Made by a program: the position numbers and the translations under genes. The notes under the pieces were generated by a model. It was not told where the DNA came from. It saw only the letters and a list, made by a program, of their open reading frames with translations, and ran no database searches. Below are positions 22,472-32,327 of a DNA stretch of 64,000 nt, in pieces; positions within the stretch are counted from its first letter, which is position 1, and each line of letters starts with the position of its first letter. Origin of the DNA: Deltaproteobacteria bacterium (GTDB taxonomy: Bacteria > Myxococcota_A > Polyangia > Fen-1088); assembly GCA_033763315.1 (NCBI GenBank), contig JANRKS010000020.1, positions 1 through 64,000 on the forward strand, written 5' to 3'.

Positions 22472-24733
22472 TTATTTGCGGCTGCGGGGGGGCTTGCCGC
22501 GGCTTGGGGCGGCGCTGCTTGTTTTGCGGCCACCACTGTTCTTGGACTTGGAACCCCGCGCGGCGTCGCCTGGCCGTTTGCCACGGGCGCCGTTGTCTTC
22601 CGTGCCGCCCGCCACGCGGGCTCGCTTGCCCCCACCTTTGGCGTGCCGGTTGCCTTCTTGCTTCGCCGCCGCCAACCGCTTTTTCTCAGCGCGGCTGCGC
22701 GATCGCGCGGGGTGCCGGCCACCTTCGGGGCTGTTGTGAGCCACTTCGCCTGCGATGCGCAGATCGATCTTTCGTCGCGGCACGCTGACGTTGATCACCT
22801 CCACGCGCACGCTGTCGCCCAACGCAATGGAGAATCCGCCCAAGGCTCCTGACAAGCGCATAGTCTTGTCATCAAAGTCATATTCGTCGTCAGGCAGGTC
22901 TTCCAACCGCACCAAGCCTTCAATGAAGGGATCGGCGATTGTCACGAACAAGCCGAAGCTGGTCACCGCAGACACGGTGCCGTCGAACGCGTCTCCCACG
23001 CGATCACGCATGAAGAACGTGCGATACACATCAACCGTTTCGCGCTCCACTTCCATTGCCTTACGCTCTTGCAACGATGATTGCACCGCAGCGGCCGTGA
23101 TGTCTTCCGTGCTGGGCAAGGGCGGCGCCGCCTCTTGCGGAGGAAATCCACCGGCGGGCTTTTTAAGCGAGGCCAACCGGCGCTTGAGCAGCCTGTGCAC
23201 CACCACGTCCGGGTAACGCCGAATGGGCGACGTAAAGTGAAGGTAATCGCCTGCGGCCAACCCAAAATGGCCGATGTTCACAACGTCGTAGCTTGCCTGC
23301 TTAAGCGAGCGCAATAGCTGAAACGAAAGCGCCTTTTCCGCGGGGTGGCCTTTGAGTTCCGCCAACACAGCGGCCAAGCCTTTAGGCGTGCGCGTTTCAT
23401 CAAGGTCAACTTCTATGCCATAGCTTTCGGCCAGCGACGCGAAGGTCTCGAGACGTTCCACAGAAGGGGCATCGTGCACACGCCACATTGTGGGCTCACC
23501 GCGCTCGGTGAAGCTGCGTGCCACGGCCTCATTGGCCGCCAACATGAACTCTTCGATCATCGCGTATGCACCGCGTTCGCCTGGATCTTTGCGCGATTGG
23601 CGCACGTTGCGGACCCGCTTGGGATCATCCTCGTCCAGTTCAACAACGGCCTGGGGTAGATCGAGATCAAGTGCGCCGCGCGCGAAACGCCGTTCGCGCA
23701 GCACGCCCGAGAACTGCTCCATCTCGCGCAAGGCGGGCAGATAAGGTTCATACTTTTTGCGCTTGCCACGCACGTCGCCGGCCAACGCCGCGGCAACCCC
23801 CGGGTAATCGAAGCGCTCGCGTGAATGGATGACAGCCGCACAAAAGTCGGCTTCCACGGGCGTTCCTTGTCGATCGAAATCCACGCGGACAACCATCGCC
23901 AAACGATCTTCTTGCGGCACCAGCGAACACATGTGCGAAGACAAGGCTTCGGGTAACATGGGGATCGCGCGGTTCGGCAGGTACACGCTACACCCGCGCA
24001 GGCGCGCTTCTTTATCAAGCGCACGCCCGTCACGAACGTAGTGCGACACATCCGCCACAGCCACCCACAGGCGGTGTCCATGCGGGATCGCTTCTAGCGC
24101 CACAGCGTCGTCGAAATCGCGCGCGGTTTCAGGATCAATCGTGACGAAGGGCACCTTACGCAGATCTTCTCGATCCAGGCGATCGGCTTCTGTCACCACC
24201 GTGGGCACCGCGCGCGCTTCGGCTTCCACTTCAGGCGCAAACGTGTCTTCGATGCCGGCGTTGGCCAAGATCTTTTCAACTTCGGTGCGGGGATCATCGG
24301 GATCGCCCAACACCTTGATGACCTCAACCACCAGCGTTTCTTCGGCCAACCGCGGGTAGTCCACGATGCGCGCCACCACAGCCTGGCCTGGTTGACCTTC
24401 TTTCACGTCGCCTTTGAGCGACACAGCGAAGCCCAAGCGAGGATCGTCGGGCACCAAATGCACGGAGCGTCCCCGCAACGCCAGCGTGCCCGTGATCTTC
24501 GTGCGACCGCGCGCGACGATGCCGCGCACTTGCCCCTCAAGCCCACGCGGCCCCACCCACCACGACACTTCCACTTGATCGCTGTCCATCGCGTTCGAGC
24601 GGCTGCGGCTCGCCACGAAGATTTCTTCGCCGCCGTCTTCTGGAGTTACAAAGCCAAAGCCATCGGGGTGCACCTTGATGCGGCCCACGGCAAGTTTTTC
24701 CGCGGGCTTGGTCCCCGTTTTACGTTCCATCAT
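22472..24733 (-). CDS. rnr: Ribonuclease R
   Basis: HPDGFGFV cold-shock domain, TIDPETARDFDDAV, IEEFMLAANEAVA, HFTSPIRRYPD, S1 domain, K/R-rich tail. Confidence 0.95.
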   Translation of the reverse strand: MMERKTGTKPAEKLAVGRIKVHPDGFGFVTPEDGGEEIFVASRSRSNAMDSDQVEVSWWVGPRGLEGQVRGIVARGRTKITGTLALRGRSVHLVPDDPRLGFAVSLKGDVKEGQPGQAVVARIVDYPRLAEETLVVEVIKVLGDPDDPRTEVEKILANAGIEDTFAPEVEAEARAVPTVVTEADRLDREDLRKVPFVTIDPETARDFDDAVALEAIPHGHRLWVAVADVSHYVRDGRALDKEARLRGCSVYLPNRAIPMLPEALSSHMCSLVPQEDRLAMVVRVDFDRQGTPVEADFCAAVIHSRERFDYPGVAAALAGDVRGKRKKYEPYLPALREMEQFSGVLRERRFARGALDLDLPQAVVELDEDDPKRVRNVRQSRKDPGERGAYAMIEEFMLAANEAVARSFTERGEPTMWRVHDAPSVERLETFASLAESYGIEVDLDETRTPKGLAAVLAELKGHPAEKALSFQLLRSLKQASYDVVNIGHFGLAAGDYLHFTSPIRRYPDVVVHRLLKRRLASLKKPAGGFPPQEAAPPLPSTEDITAAAVQSSLQERKAMEVERETVDVYRTFFMRDRVGDAFDGTVSAVTSFGLFVTIADPFIEGLVRLEDLPDDEYDFDDKTMRLSGALGGFSIALGDSVRVEVINVSVPRRKIDLRIAGEVAHNSPEGGRHPARSRSRAEKKRLAAAKQEGNRHAKGGGKRARVAGGTEDNGARGKRPGDAARGSKSKNSGGRKTSSAAPSRGKPPRSRK

Positions 24734-26100
24734 TCGCCTCTTAGTGCGTAAAGGTTCTTGTCATCACAGCCCACGTAAATGGTTCCATCAGGACCCACCG
24801 TGGGCGAACTATCAATGTCGCCACCCAATTCCACCGACCACCGCAAGGTTCCGTCGGGTTCAAGCGCATAAAGCCGATCGTCCTGCGCGCCGAACAAAAT
24901 CGCGCCGCGCGCGTCGACCAACGCTGACGACACAATGCGATCTGCGGCGCGAAAGGTCCAAGCCAAAGTGCCATCGGGTGACATGACGTAAAGCAATCCG
25001 TCAAATCCCCCCACGATGATCTGACCGTTGCGCCCCAACGCGGGACTTGCACGCACGTCGTCCTTCGTGACGAAGGCCCACAACAAGCCGCCTGTGGGTG
25101 ACAGCGCGTAGATTTTCTGATCGTCCGAGCCAAAGTAGATTGTGCCGTCGTCCGCGATCATCGGCGATGATTCAATGTCGTCGCCCGCGCGGAAGTCCCA
25201 CAGCTTCTGCCCACCCAAAGACAATGCGAACAACGTATCGTCGTGACCACCGGCAACGAGAAAGCCGGCGGGGTGCAACGCGGGCGCCGTGGGGACCCTT
25301 CTTGTCGTCGCGTATTGCCACAAGGTTTTGCCCTGGCTCGAAAGCGCGAACACACCCGAACCACCCACGTAGATGGTGCCATCGGAGCCCACCGTGGGGC
25401 CGCCGTCCACATCGCAACGGCTGGCCTCGGGGCCCACGCCTAACGTCGCTTTGCAGTTGCCTAGCTTCACCCGCCACGCCAGCGCATTGCGGGTGGCATC
25501 GAGCTTATAGAGGTGATCGTCCCCCGAGCCGATAAGCACGTTGCCCTGCAGATCAACGGCCGCAGATCCGAACACCACGTCCCCCGTGGGCTGCTTCCAG
25601 CGCAAGGTGCCGTTGGGTTGCACGACGTGAATCATGCCGTCATGGCTGCCCACGACGATGGTTCCATCAGAGCCGATCGCTGGAGACGACGTGATGGGCC
25701 CACCGGTGGCGTATTTCCACAACACTTGGGGCGCGTTGGTTGGCAAGATGGCGCCGACCCGGCCGCGGTGTTGTGGTTCGAATCGAAACATCGTCAAGGC
25801 GCCGGCCGGCGGTTCCGCACCGGCCTCACCCCCTGCATCGGCGATAATGTTTTCTGGCTTGGCAACGGTAACCCCCGCATCGAGGCCGCCGGGCCACACG
25901 CACTGGCTTTGCACACATATTCGATCCAGCTTGCAGTCCCTATCGGAGCCGCAGCCCGCCATGCTTGTGGGTGTGGGCCGCGGCAGACACGCCCACAGGG
26001 CGCCCGACAATGCGGTGAACATTCCCAGCGCCAACGTACCCCGGACGCGGCCGCGGCTCGTAATAAGAGCAAGCACGCGACGGTAGAGGTTTTTCTGCAT
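24730..26100 (-). CDS. PQQ-like beta-propeller repeat lipoprotein
   Basis: Lipobox-like LWAC, Cys-rich knot CGSDRDCKLDRIC, about eight SSP..DGTIY.GS.D..LYAL..DG..W repeats. Confidence 0.85.
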   Translation of the reverse strand: MQKNLYRRVLALITSRGRVRGTLALGMFTALSGALWACLPRPTPTSMAGCGSDRDCKLDRICVQSQCVWPGGLDAGVTVAKPENIIADAGGEAGAEPPAGALTMFRFEPQHRGRVGAILPTNAPQVLWKYATGGPITSSPAIGSDGTIVVGSHDGMIHVVQPNGTLRWKQPTGDVVFGSAAVDLQGNVLIGSGDDHLYKLDATRNALAWRVKLGNCKATLGVGPEASRCDVDGGPTVGSDGTIYVGGSGVFALSSQGKTLWQYATTRRVPTAPALHPAGFLVAGGHDDTLFALSLGGQKLWDFRAGDDIESSPMIADDGTIYFGSDDQKIYALSPTGGLLWAFVTKDDVRASPALGRNGQIIVGGFDGLLYVMSPDGTLAWTFRAADRIVSSALVDARGAILFGAQDDRLYALEPDGTLRWSVELGGDIDSSPTVGPDGTIYVGCDDKNLYALRGE

Positions 26101-26207
26101 GGGTGAAGCGCCTTATGGTCGAAGAGTTTACGCTGTGAGGCAACTTTTAGCCGACCCGACAATCAAGGAAATTGGAGTGGCCTGTCGAAACGGCGTAAAG
26201 TGCTACG

Positions 26208-27221
26208 ATGCGCGCGGCCGTTTTCGTGTTTCCCATGGTCTTGCTGTATGCAGGATGTGGGCAGACGCAGCCGAAAGACCGATCGCGCTCGGCTGCGCAC
26301 GCACCGCCAGCCCTGTCACCCATCGAACACGTTTGTGAAGCGCCGCCGCTGCAAACACTGATGCAAGATGGGCTTTCGTCACGCGTCCCCATGTTGAGTG
26401 CGCCACTGGCCCCCGAGGCCCTCGCGCCGTTGGCGAAGCACGTGATCATCGTCAGCGAAGATGGCATGAGGCCCGATCTGCTCACGGCCGCCGAGGCGCC
26501 CTTGCACCACCGCCTGATGGCCGAAGGCGCTTATTCACTGCGAGCGATGACCATTCGACGCGCCAGCACCTTGCCGTCACATGCGGCGATGCTCTCAGGC
26601 TTTGACGTCGAAGCGCACGGGCTTTATTGGAATTCATGGCGCCCAGAGCGCGGCTTCATTAAGGTGCCCACCGTGTTTTCGGCGGCGGCCGATACAGGAA
26701 AAGGCGTGGCTGCGTTCGTTGGCAAGCAGAAGCTGGCTCACATCATTCGGCCCGAACAGATCAACGTATTCGCGACGCCCAGCTACTTGTGCCGCAAGGT
26801 GGCTGAAGAAGCCATCGAGTATTTCCTTGAGCACAAGCCACAAGTGGAGTTCGTTCACTTCTCGGATCCCGACAGCTTTGGCCACAAGGACGGTTGGATG
26901 TCTGAGTCCCAACGTAAGGCGGTGCGGTCTTCAGATCGCTGCCTACGCACACTCATCGACGGCATCGCGGCGTCCGAACTCGCACGCGACACCTTGGTGA
27001 TCGTGTCAGCTGATCACGGCGGTCACGGCCACAACCATTCGGGTTCCTGCCTGGAAGATCGTCTAATCCCGTGGTTCGCCTGGGGCGTGGGCGTCAAAGC
27101 CGGCCACAAAATCGGTGAGGCCATCTCCACTGTGGATACGGCCGCCACCACTTTGTGGGCGCTGGGCTTATCGGCGCCTGCAGGGCAGCAGGGCCGCCCC
27201 GTCAAAGATGCCTTTCGTTAA
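26208..27221 (+). CDS. Alkaline phosphatase superfamily (nucleotide pyrophosphatase/phosphodiesterase type) lipoprotein
   Basis: IVSEDGMRPD, STLPSHAAMLSG, DPDSFGH, SADHGGH; lipobox YAGC. Confidence 0.88.
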   Translation: MRAAVFVFPMVLLYAGCGQTQPKDRSRSAAHAPPALSPIEHVCEAPPLQTLMQDGLSSRVPMLSAPLAPEALAPLAKHVIIVSEDGMRPDLLTAAEAPLHHRLMAEGAYSLRAMTIRRASTLPSHAAMLSGFDVEAHGLYWNSWRPERGFIKVPTVFSAAADTGKGVAAFVGKQKLAHIIRPEQINVFATPSYLCRKVAEEAIEYFLEHKPQVEFVHFSDPDSFGHKDGWMSESQRKAVRSSDRCLRTLIDGIAASELARDTLVIVSADHGGHGHNHSGSCLEDRLIPWFAWGVGVKAGHKIGEAISTVDTAATTLWALGLSAPAGQQGRPVKDAFR

Positions 27222-28033
27222 TAAAGGCTGAACACCAGGCTCAGACCACCGCTGGTCCAGGTTTCTCCATCTGAATTGGGTTCGCCTGGGTACCGGCCCA
27301 CTAGCACGCCGCCTTCCAGGGACAACGCCACGTTGGACGATTGCAGAAGGTCGACGCCCAAGGCGCCTTGGAAAGCGAAGCCGTTTTGATCGACAGCGAT
27401 GCCTAAGTTGTCCTCTTCGGTTTCATTCGCGATGCCCATGCCACCCCGAACGTAAATCACTTGGTGGAAGAAGTATTGGATGCCCAGCAGCAGCGCGTCC
27501 TGATTCGCTCGAACGCCGTCCTTTTGTGCGGAGGCACCTTCGAAGCCCAAGACGATGGAAAGGTTCGGCTGCACCCCAAATCCAAACCGAAGGCTGTAAA
27601 CAGCCCCCGCGGAGCTACTGTTATCAACAGTCTCGTTCTTTAGCGCCAGAAAGCCCGGCCCGAGCCCCACGCTGAACGAAAACGGCCTGTAAACGCCCTG
27701 AGGCGGGGGCGGGGGGTAATATCCCGAATATTGCGGGTTATATCCCTGGGCGTTGTAGCCCTGCGGGTTGTAGCCGGTGCCACCGCTGGTGGTCGCGCGG
27801 GGAGGGGGTGGCGGCATCGGCCGTTCGTCGGGGACCGCCGTGGTCGGCACCGGCTCTGCGGGCGCTTCGGCCGTCGCGGGCGCTGCTGGCGGGTTGGGAT
27901 CCGCCTCGGCTTGCGCAAGGGCCGGGCCCGTGATCGCCAGCCCAGCAACGGTCACCAGGGCCGTCAGCGGCCCCGCGATCTGTGCACGCTTGACCGCAAC
28001 GAGCTTCGTAACCGAGGGGTTCTTCTGACGCAT
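27218..28033 (-). CDS. Outer-membrane beta-barrel protein with Pro/Tyr-rich N-terminal linker
   Basis: Signal peptide ending ALA-Q, GYNPQ repeats, about eight amphipathic strands, terminal aromatic residue (FSLY); GGAGG upstream of ATG 28033. Confidence 0.7.
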   Translation of the reverse strand: MRQKNPSVTKLVAVKRAQIAGPLTALVTVAGLAITGPALAQAEADPNPPAAPATAEAPAEPVPTTAVPDERPMPPPPPRATTSGGTGYNPQGYNAQGYNPQYSGYYPPPPPQGVYRPFSFSVGLGPGFLALKNETVDNSSSAGAVYSLRFGFGVQPNLSIVLGFEGASAQKDGVRANQDALLLGIQYFFHQVIYVRGGMGIANETEEDNLGIAVDQNGFAFQGALGVDLLQSSNVALSLEGGVLVGRYPGEPNSDGETWTSGGLSLVFSLY

Positions 28034-28240
28034 GTTCCTGCTCCTCCGCATTAGGCGAATCGAATGGCCCAGCACCTGTCAGACGGTGTGCGTCTGCTTA
28101 GGATTCATACCGCGGCTGGACACGATCTCAAGAACCTCGGCCACGGCAAACGTTATTCCGGTAAACATCGCGGATGCAATGGGTCAAGGTGGGATATTTG
28201 CCTGAAAGCTGCGACTTCTGCGTATACAATGGTCTGACCC

Positions 28241-30001
28241 ATGGTCCAGTCCCTCGCGCCCGAACTTTTCTTGGCCCTTGGCTCCGCCGTCCGCAATGGA
28301 CAGGACAGGTTCGTGGTTCATGTCACCGACGAAGCTGAGCGCACCCGCGTGGTGGGCGCCTTATCGTTGGAGGGCGCGGCATTGGCTGCCGAGAGCGTGG
28401 GCCGTGCCATGGCTTGTGTGGCCGAGGGGGGCCTTGAACTCGCAATCTTCGATGTTGATCGCGAGGCGCATGATCTGGACCCGCTGGTCGCGTGCACCGA
28501 ACTTGGCAGCACCGCCGATCTCGTCTTGCTCATGGACGGCGATCCCGCCAAGGTTTCGGACGCTTTTGTTCGCGGCGCCTTTGCTGTGTTGCCGCGTCCC
28601 TTGCCAACGAGCGACGCTTTGTTGCGGGCGCACATCCGCTGGTTGGCGTCGTCGCGCCGCTCGCGCGTGCGAGGCGTGGCGTTACGAGGCGTGCTGGCTC
28701 GTTACCGCACCGAGATCGAAGCTCTGGACAAAGGCCTGTGGGCCGTGTTGTCGCCGCTCCTCGAAGACGAGGGACCCGCCGCGCGCGTGTTGGTGATCGG
28801 CGATCCCGAACTGGCTCAACTGGTTGGTGGCTCCCTGACCGAAACCAGCGCCGACGTTGTGGTCATCGGCGCCGGCCCCAATGACGTTTTGGAATCACGC
28901 TTGACTGAAGCACGCTCACGGGCGCCAGGCTCGGCCACGATCGTGGTGGACGCGGCTCCCGATGCCGCGCGGCTGTCCGCTGCTATCTATGGTGGCGCGC
29001 GCGCTTACATTGAACGCAGCAGGCAAGACAGTGCGGCTGCGGTCGTAAAGTCTGTTGCCAGCCGCAAGCAGAGCGAAGTGAAGGGGCGTCGGCTTGTGGA
29101 AGGCGTGGCGCGCTTCGGCTTGTTTGATCATCGAAACGCCACAGCCACAACCAAGGATGTGGACGCGAAGTTGCTGGTGGACGCCACTTCAAAGGGCAGC
29201 CCCTTTGTGCCGAGCGGCCATGAGGTTTTGGTGGTGGACGATGAGGTGGTTGTGTTGACGGTGCTGCGCGAGGCGCTTCGCCGTGGCGGTTATAAAGTGA
29301 CCACGGCTTCCTCCGCGCAAGACGCCATCACGCAAATGCGCGCGCGCCCATTCGATTTGGTGCTGACGGATAAGAACCTCGCCGGCGCGTCTGGTCTAGA
29401 CGTACTTCGCTTTGCCCGCACGCTGGATCCACCGCCAGCCGTTGTGCTGATCACGGGCTATTCCTCCTACGATTCTGCCGTCGAAGCGATGGAAACGGGA
29501 GCGCTTGACTACATCGAAAAGCCTATCAAGGACGTGGAGCTTCTCCGCCAACGCGTGCGGCGTGCCTTATGCCGCCGCGACGAGCAGATGACCAAAGCGC
29601 AGCTCGATGAGTTTGCCCCCACCAAGCGAAGCGTTTTATTGGTTGAAGAACAGGAGGGGCGCCGCAAACTCCTGAACGATTTTCTGGGCCGCACATACCA
29701 AGTTGTGGCCGTGGCCACGGGGGCTTTGGCGCTGGAGAAATTGCAGCAACAGCGCTTTGACGTGGTTTTGGCCGACCGCAATCTGCCCGGGATGACCGGC
29801 AAACGTGTCATCGAGCAAGCGCAACAGCTGTTGCCCCATTGTGCCTCCGTGCTTTATACGGCTTACCCTTCCTACGAATCCATCCAGGAAGCCTTCGAGG
29901 TGGGGGCCGACGCCTATTTGGTGCGCCCGACCGAAGACATGAAAGCCCTGGAAGAGAAGGTCGCGGGGGCCTTACGTAGCCACGGCATTTTGCTTGGCTA
30001 G
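28241..30001 (+). CDS. Multi-receiver response regulator with no obvious output domain
   Basis: Two intact receivers (VVDDE...VLTDKNL...IEKP; LVEEQ...VLADRNL) after two degenerate receiver-like segments. Confidence 0.8.
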   Translation: MVQSLAPELFLALGSAVRNGQDRFVVHVTDEAERTRVVGALSLEGAALAAESVGRAMACVAEGGLELAIFDVDREAHDLDPLVACTELGSTADLVLLMDGDPAKVSDAFVRGAFAVLPRPLPTSDALLRAHIRWLASSRRSRVRGVALRGVLARYRTEIEALDKGLWAVLSPLLEDEGPAARVLVIGDPELAQLVGGSLTETSADVVVIGAGPNDVLESRLTEARSRAPGSATIVVDAAPDAARLSAAIYGGARAYIERSRQDSAAAVVKSVASRKQSEVKGRRLVEGVARFGLFDHRNATATTKDVDAKLLVDATSKGSPFVPSGHEVLVVDDEVVVLTVLREALRRGGYKVTTASSAQDAITQMRARPFDLVLTDKNLAGASGLDVLRFARTLDPPPAVVLITGYSSYDSAVEAMETGALDYIEKPIKDVELLRQRVRRALCRRDEQMTKAQLDEFAPTKRSVLLVEEQEGRRKLLNDFLGRTYQVVAVATGALALEKLQQQRFDVVLADRNLPGMTGKRVIEQAQQLLPHCASVLYTAYPSYESIQEAFEVGADAYLVRPTEDMKALEEKVAGALRSHGILLG

Positions 30002-30140
30002 CCGCGTACGCGTGGCCAGCGGTCCGCCCGCGTAACGAACATTCGACCGGCCAACGATCGGTTGTCTTAAGTTTCCGTTCGAAACAGCACGACCTCGGCT
30101 AAGATTCTCCACCTTAACCGCTGCCGGAGGGCCAGGGTCG

Positions 30141-32327
30141 GTGAAGATAGCGTTTACTTACAATCTGCGTTTGTCAGACGACGAAGACGAAGCTGAATTC
30201 GATACGCGCGAAACGGTGGAAGCCATCGCGGCGTCTTTAACGGCAGCGGGCCACGAGGTGGAAAAGTTGGACGTGGCACGGCCCACAGCCGACATTGTCT
30301 CGCGCCTTGAAACGTTTGCGCCGGATCTGGTGTTCAACACAGCGGAGGGCCGGCGGGGTCGCGCGCGCGAAGCGTTCTTCCCAGCTCTTTTCGAAGAGCT
30401 TGGTTTGCCATTCACAGGCTCAGACGCTTACGTGCTGACGTTGACCTTGGACAAGTGGCTCACCAAGCTTGCGGTCACCGCCGAGGGCATCGACACGCCC
30501 CGCGCGCGCCTTGTCACGCAAGACTCTTACCGACGGCAACGCACGGGGTGGGTGCCACGGTTGGCGTTCCCCGTGATCGTGAAGCCGAACTACGAGGGTT
30601 CATCCAAAGGCATCGCCGATGAATTCGTGGCCACCGATGAAAAATCGCTGGCCGACGTGCTGCCGCGCGCGCTGAAGAACTACCCCGCTGGCGTGCTGGT
30701 GGAAGAGTTCGTGCCAGGGGTGGACGTGATGGTGCCGTTCGTCGAGGGGTTGGCTGACGATGGGGTGCTCGAGCCAGTTGATCTGGTCATTGAAGCGGGT
30801 GCGCGCAGCCGCCACAACCTTTACGACTTTCGTTTGAAGGTGCGTGAGCCCGGGCGCGTGAAGTTTCGTTGCCCCGCCGAATTGCCTCGCGACGTTTTGG
30901 CGCGGCTTGAAGCCTTGTCGTTGCGGGTTGTGCACGCCTTGGGCCTGCGTGATGTGGGCCGCATCGACTTTCGCGTGGGTGACGATGGCAGGATCTACTT
31001 TCTCGAAGCCAATGGCTTGCCGAATCTGAGCCGCGGGTCTGCAACGTTTGTGGCGGCCGCGCGTTTGGGCTTGTCATACGACGCGACCATCGCTGCCATC
31101 GTGGCGGGGGCGGCGCGCCGTTACAAACTTGAGGCGCCGGCGATTGTGTCCAAGGGCAAGATTCGCGATCGCTTGCGCGTGGGCTTTGCGTTCAACGTGA
31201 AGCGCGTGGACACCAAAGGCGGCAACGACGCCGAAGCTGAATACGATGCGCCTGAAACGATCGATTCGATCAGCAAGGCCATTCAAAGCCACGGCCACGA
31301 CGTGGTGATGTTGGAGGCGAACGCTGATTTTCCGCGTGCATTGGCGGAAGCCGGCGTCGACTTTGTGTTCAACATTGCCGAAGGCGTGGCTGGTCGTAAC
31401 CGCGAGGCTGCCGTGCCTGCGTTGTGTGAATTGATGGGCCTAGCTTACACGGGCTCGGACGCAGCCACGTTGTCCGTCGCTTTGGATAAGGCGCTTTCCA
31501 AGAAGGTGCTGCGGCAGCACGACATCAAAACAGCGGATTTCCAATTGATGGAAACGGGGCGCGAGAAATTGAGCCCACGCTTGCGCTTTCCGCTGATCGT
31601 GAAACCCAACCAGGAAGGTTCATCCAAAGGCGTCAGCGCTTCGGCCTCGGTGGTTGATGATGAAACGCAGCTGCGCGGCGTTGTGCGCGAACTCATTGAA
31701 CGCTATCGCCAGCCCGCTTTGATCGAAGAATACATCACAGGGCGCGAGTTTACGGTGGGCTTGCTTGGCGAGCGTCGCCCGCGCGTGTTGCCGCCGATGG
31801 AAATCATCTTCAAAGATCAGGCGAACAAACGGCCTGTGTATGATTTTCAGATCAAGCAAGATTGGGAACGCCACGTGGCGTATGAATGCCCAGCGAAGCT
31901 CACAAACTCTGAACTCAAAGCCATCGAGAAGACGGCGCGAGAGACGTTCACCGCGCTTGATTGCCGCGACGTGGGGCGCGTGGATCTGCGCATGACCCCC
32001 ACGGGTGAAGTGTTCGTGATTGAGATCAACCCACTGCCGGGGCTGACACCGGGTTATTCGGATTTGTGTTTGATCGCGACGGCCGCGGGCATCGACTACC
32101 GCGATCTGATCGGTGAGATCTTGGCGGGCGGACTCAAGCGGATGCGACAGCGGCGACGCCAACCCGCCGCTGAGCCGGCCGACAATGCGCGGACTGAACG
32201 GCCCAAACCACCCGTGGTTCAACGCGGCAGCGCGCCCACCACGCATGCCGTGGCCGCACCAGAGTCGGGGCCATTGGCCGTGGATGTGAACAACGACGAT
32301 GCCGCGGCGTCTGTGAGGGGGCAGTGA
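30141..32327 (+). CDS. Tandem D-Ala-D-Ala-ligase-like ATP-grasp protein (two fused ligase modules)
   Basis: Two copies of VFN.AEG...GSDA...DK.L.K...KPN.EGSSKG...GR.D.R...E.N.LP. Confidence 0.88.
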   Translation: MKIAFTYNLRLSDDEDEAEFDTRETVEAIAASLTAAGHEVEKLDVARPTADIVSRLETFAPDLVFNTAEGRRGRAREAFFPALFEELGLPFTGSDAYVLTLTLDKWLTKLAVTAEGIDTPRARLVTQDSYRRQRTGWVPRLAFPVIVKPNYEGSSKGIADEFVATDEKSLADVLPRALKNYPAGVLVEEFVPGVDVMVPFVEGLADDGVLEPVDLVIEAGARSRHNLYDFRLKVREPGRVKFRCPAELPRDVLARLEALSLRVVHALGLRDVGRIDFRVGDDGRIYFLEANGLPNLSRGSATFVAAARLGLSYDATIAAIVAGAARRYKLEAPAIVSKGKIRDRLRVGFAFNVKRVDTKGGNDAEAEYDAPETIDSISKAIQSHGHDVVMLEANADFPRALAEAGVDFVFNIAEGVAGRNREAAVPALCELMGLAYTGSDAATLSVALDKALSKKVLRQHDIKTADFQLMETGREKLSPRLRFPLIVKPNQEGSSKGVSASASVVDDETQLRGVVRELIERYRQPALIEEYITGREFTVGLLGERRPRVLPPMEIIFKDQANKRPVYDFQIKQDWERHVAYECPAKLTNSELKAIEKTARETFTALDCRDVGRVDLRMTPTGEVFVIEINPLPGLTPGYSDLCLIATAAGIDYRDLIGEILAGGLKRMRQRRRQPAAEPADNARTERPKPPVVQRGSAPTTHAVAAPESGPLAVDVNNDDAAASVRGQ

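Noticed and set aside
26163-26191. Further sigma28-like motifs: TCAAG-N16-GTCGAAAC here and TAAA-N15-GTCGACGC at 8504-8530 (minus)
   Set aside because: Spacing or -10 match is weaker than the five retained sites; could be chance
30141-32327. Housekeeping ddl assignment
   Set aside because: Double length, lacks the GGxSxE N-terminal motif of canonical Ddl and is outside a cell-wall cluster
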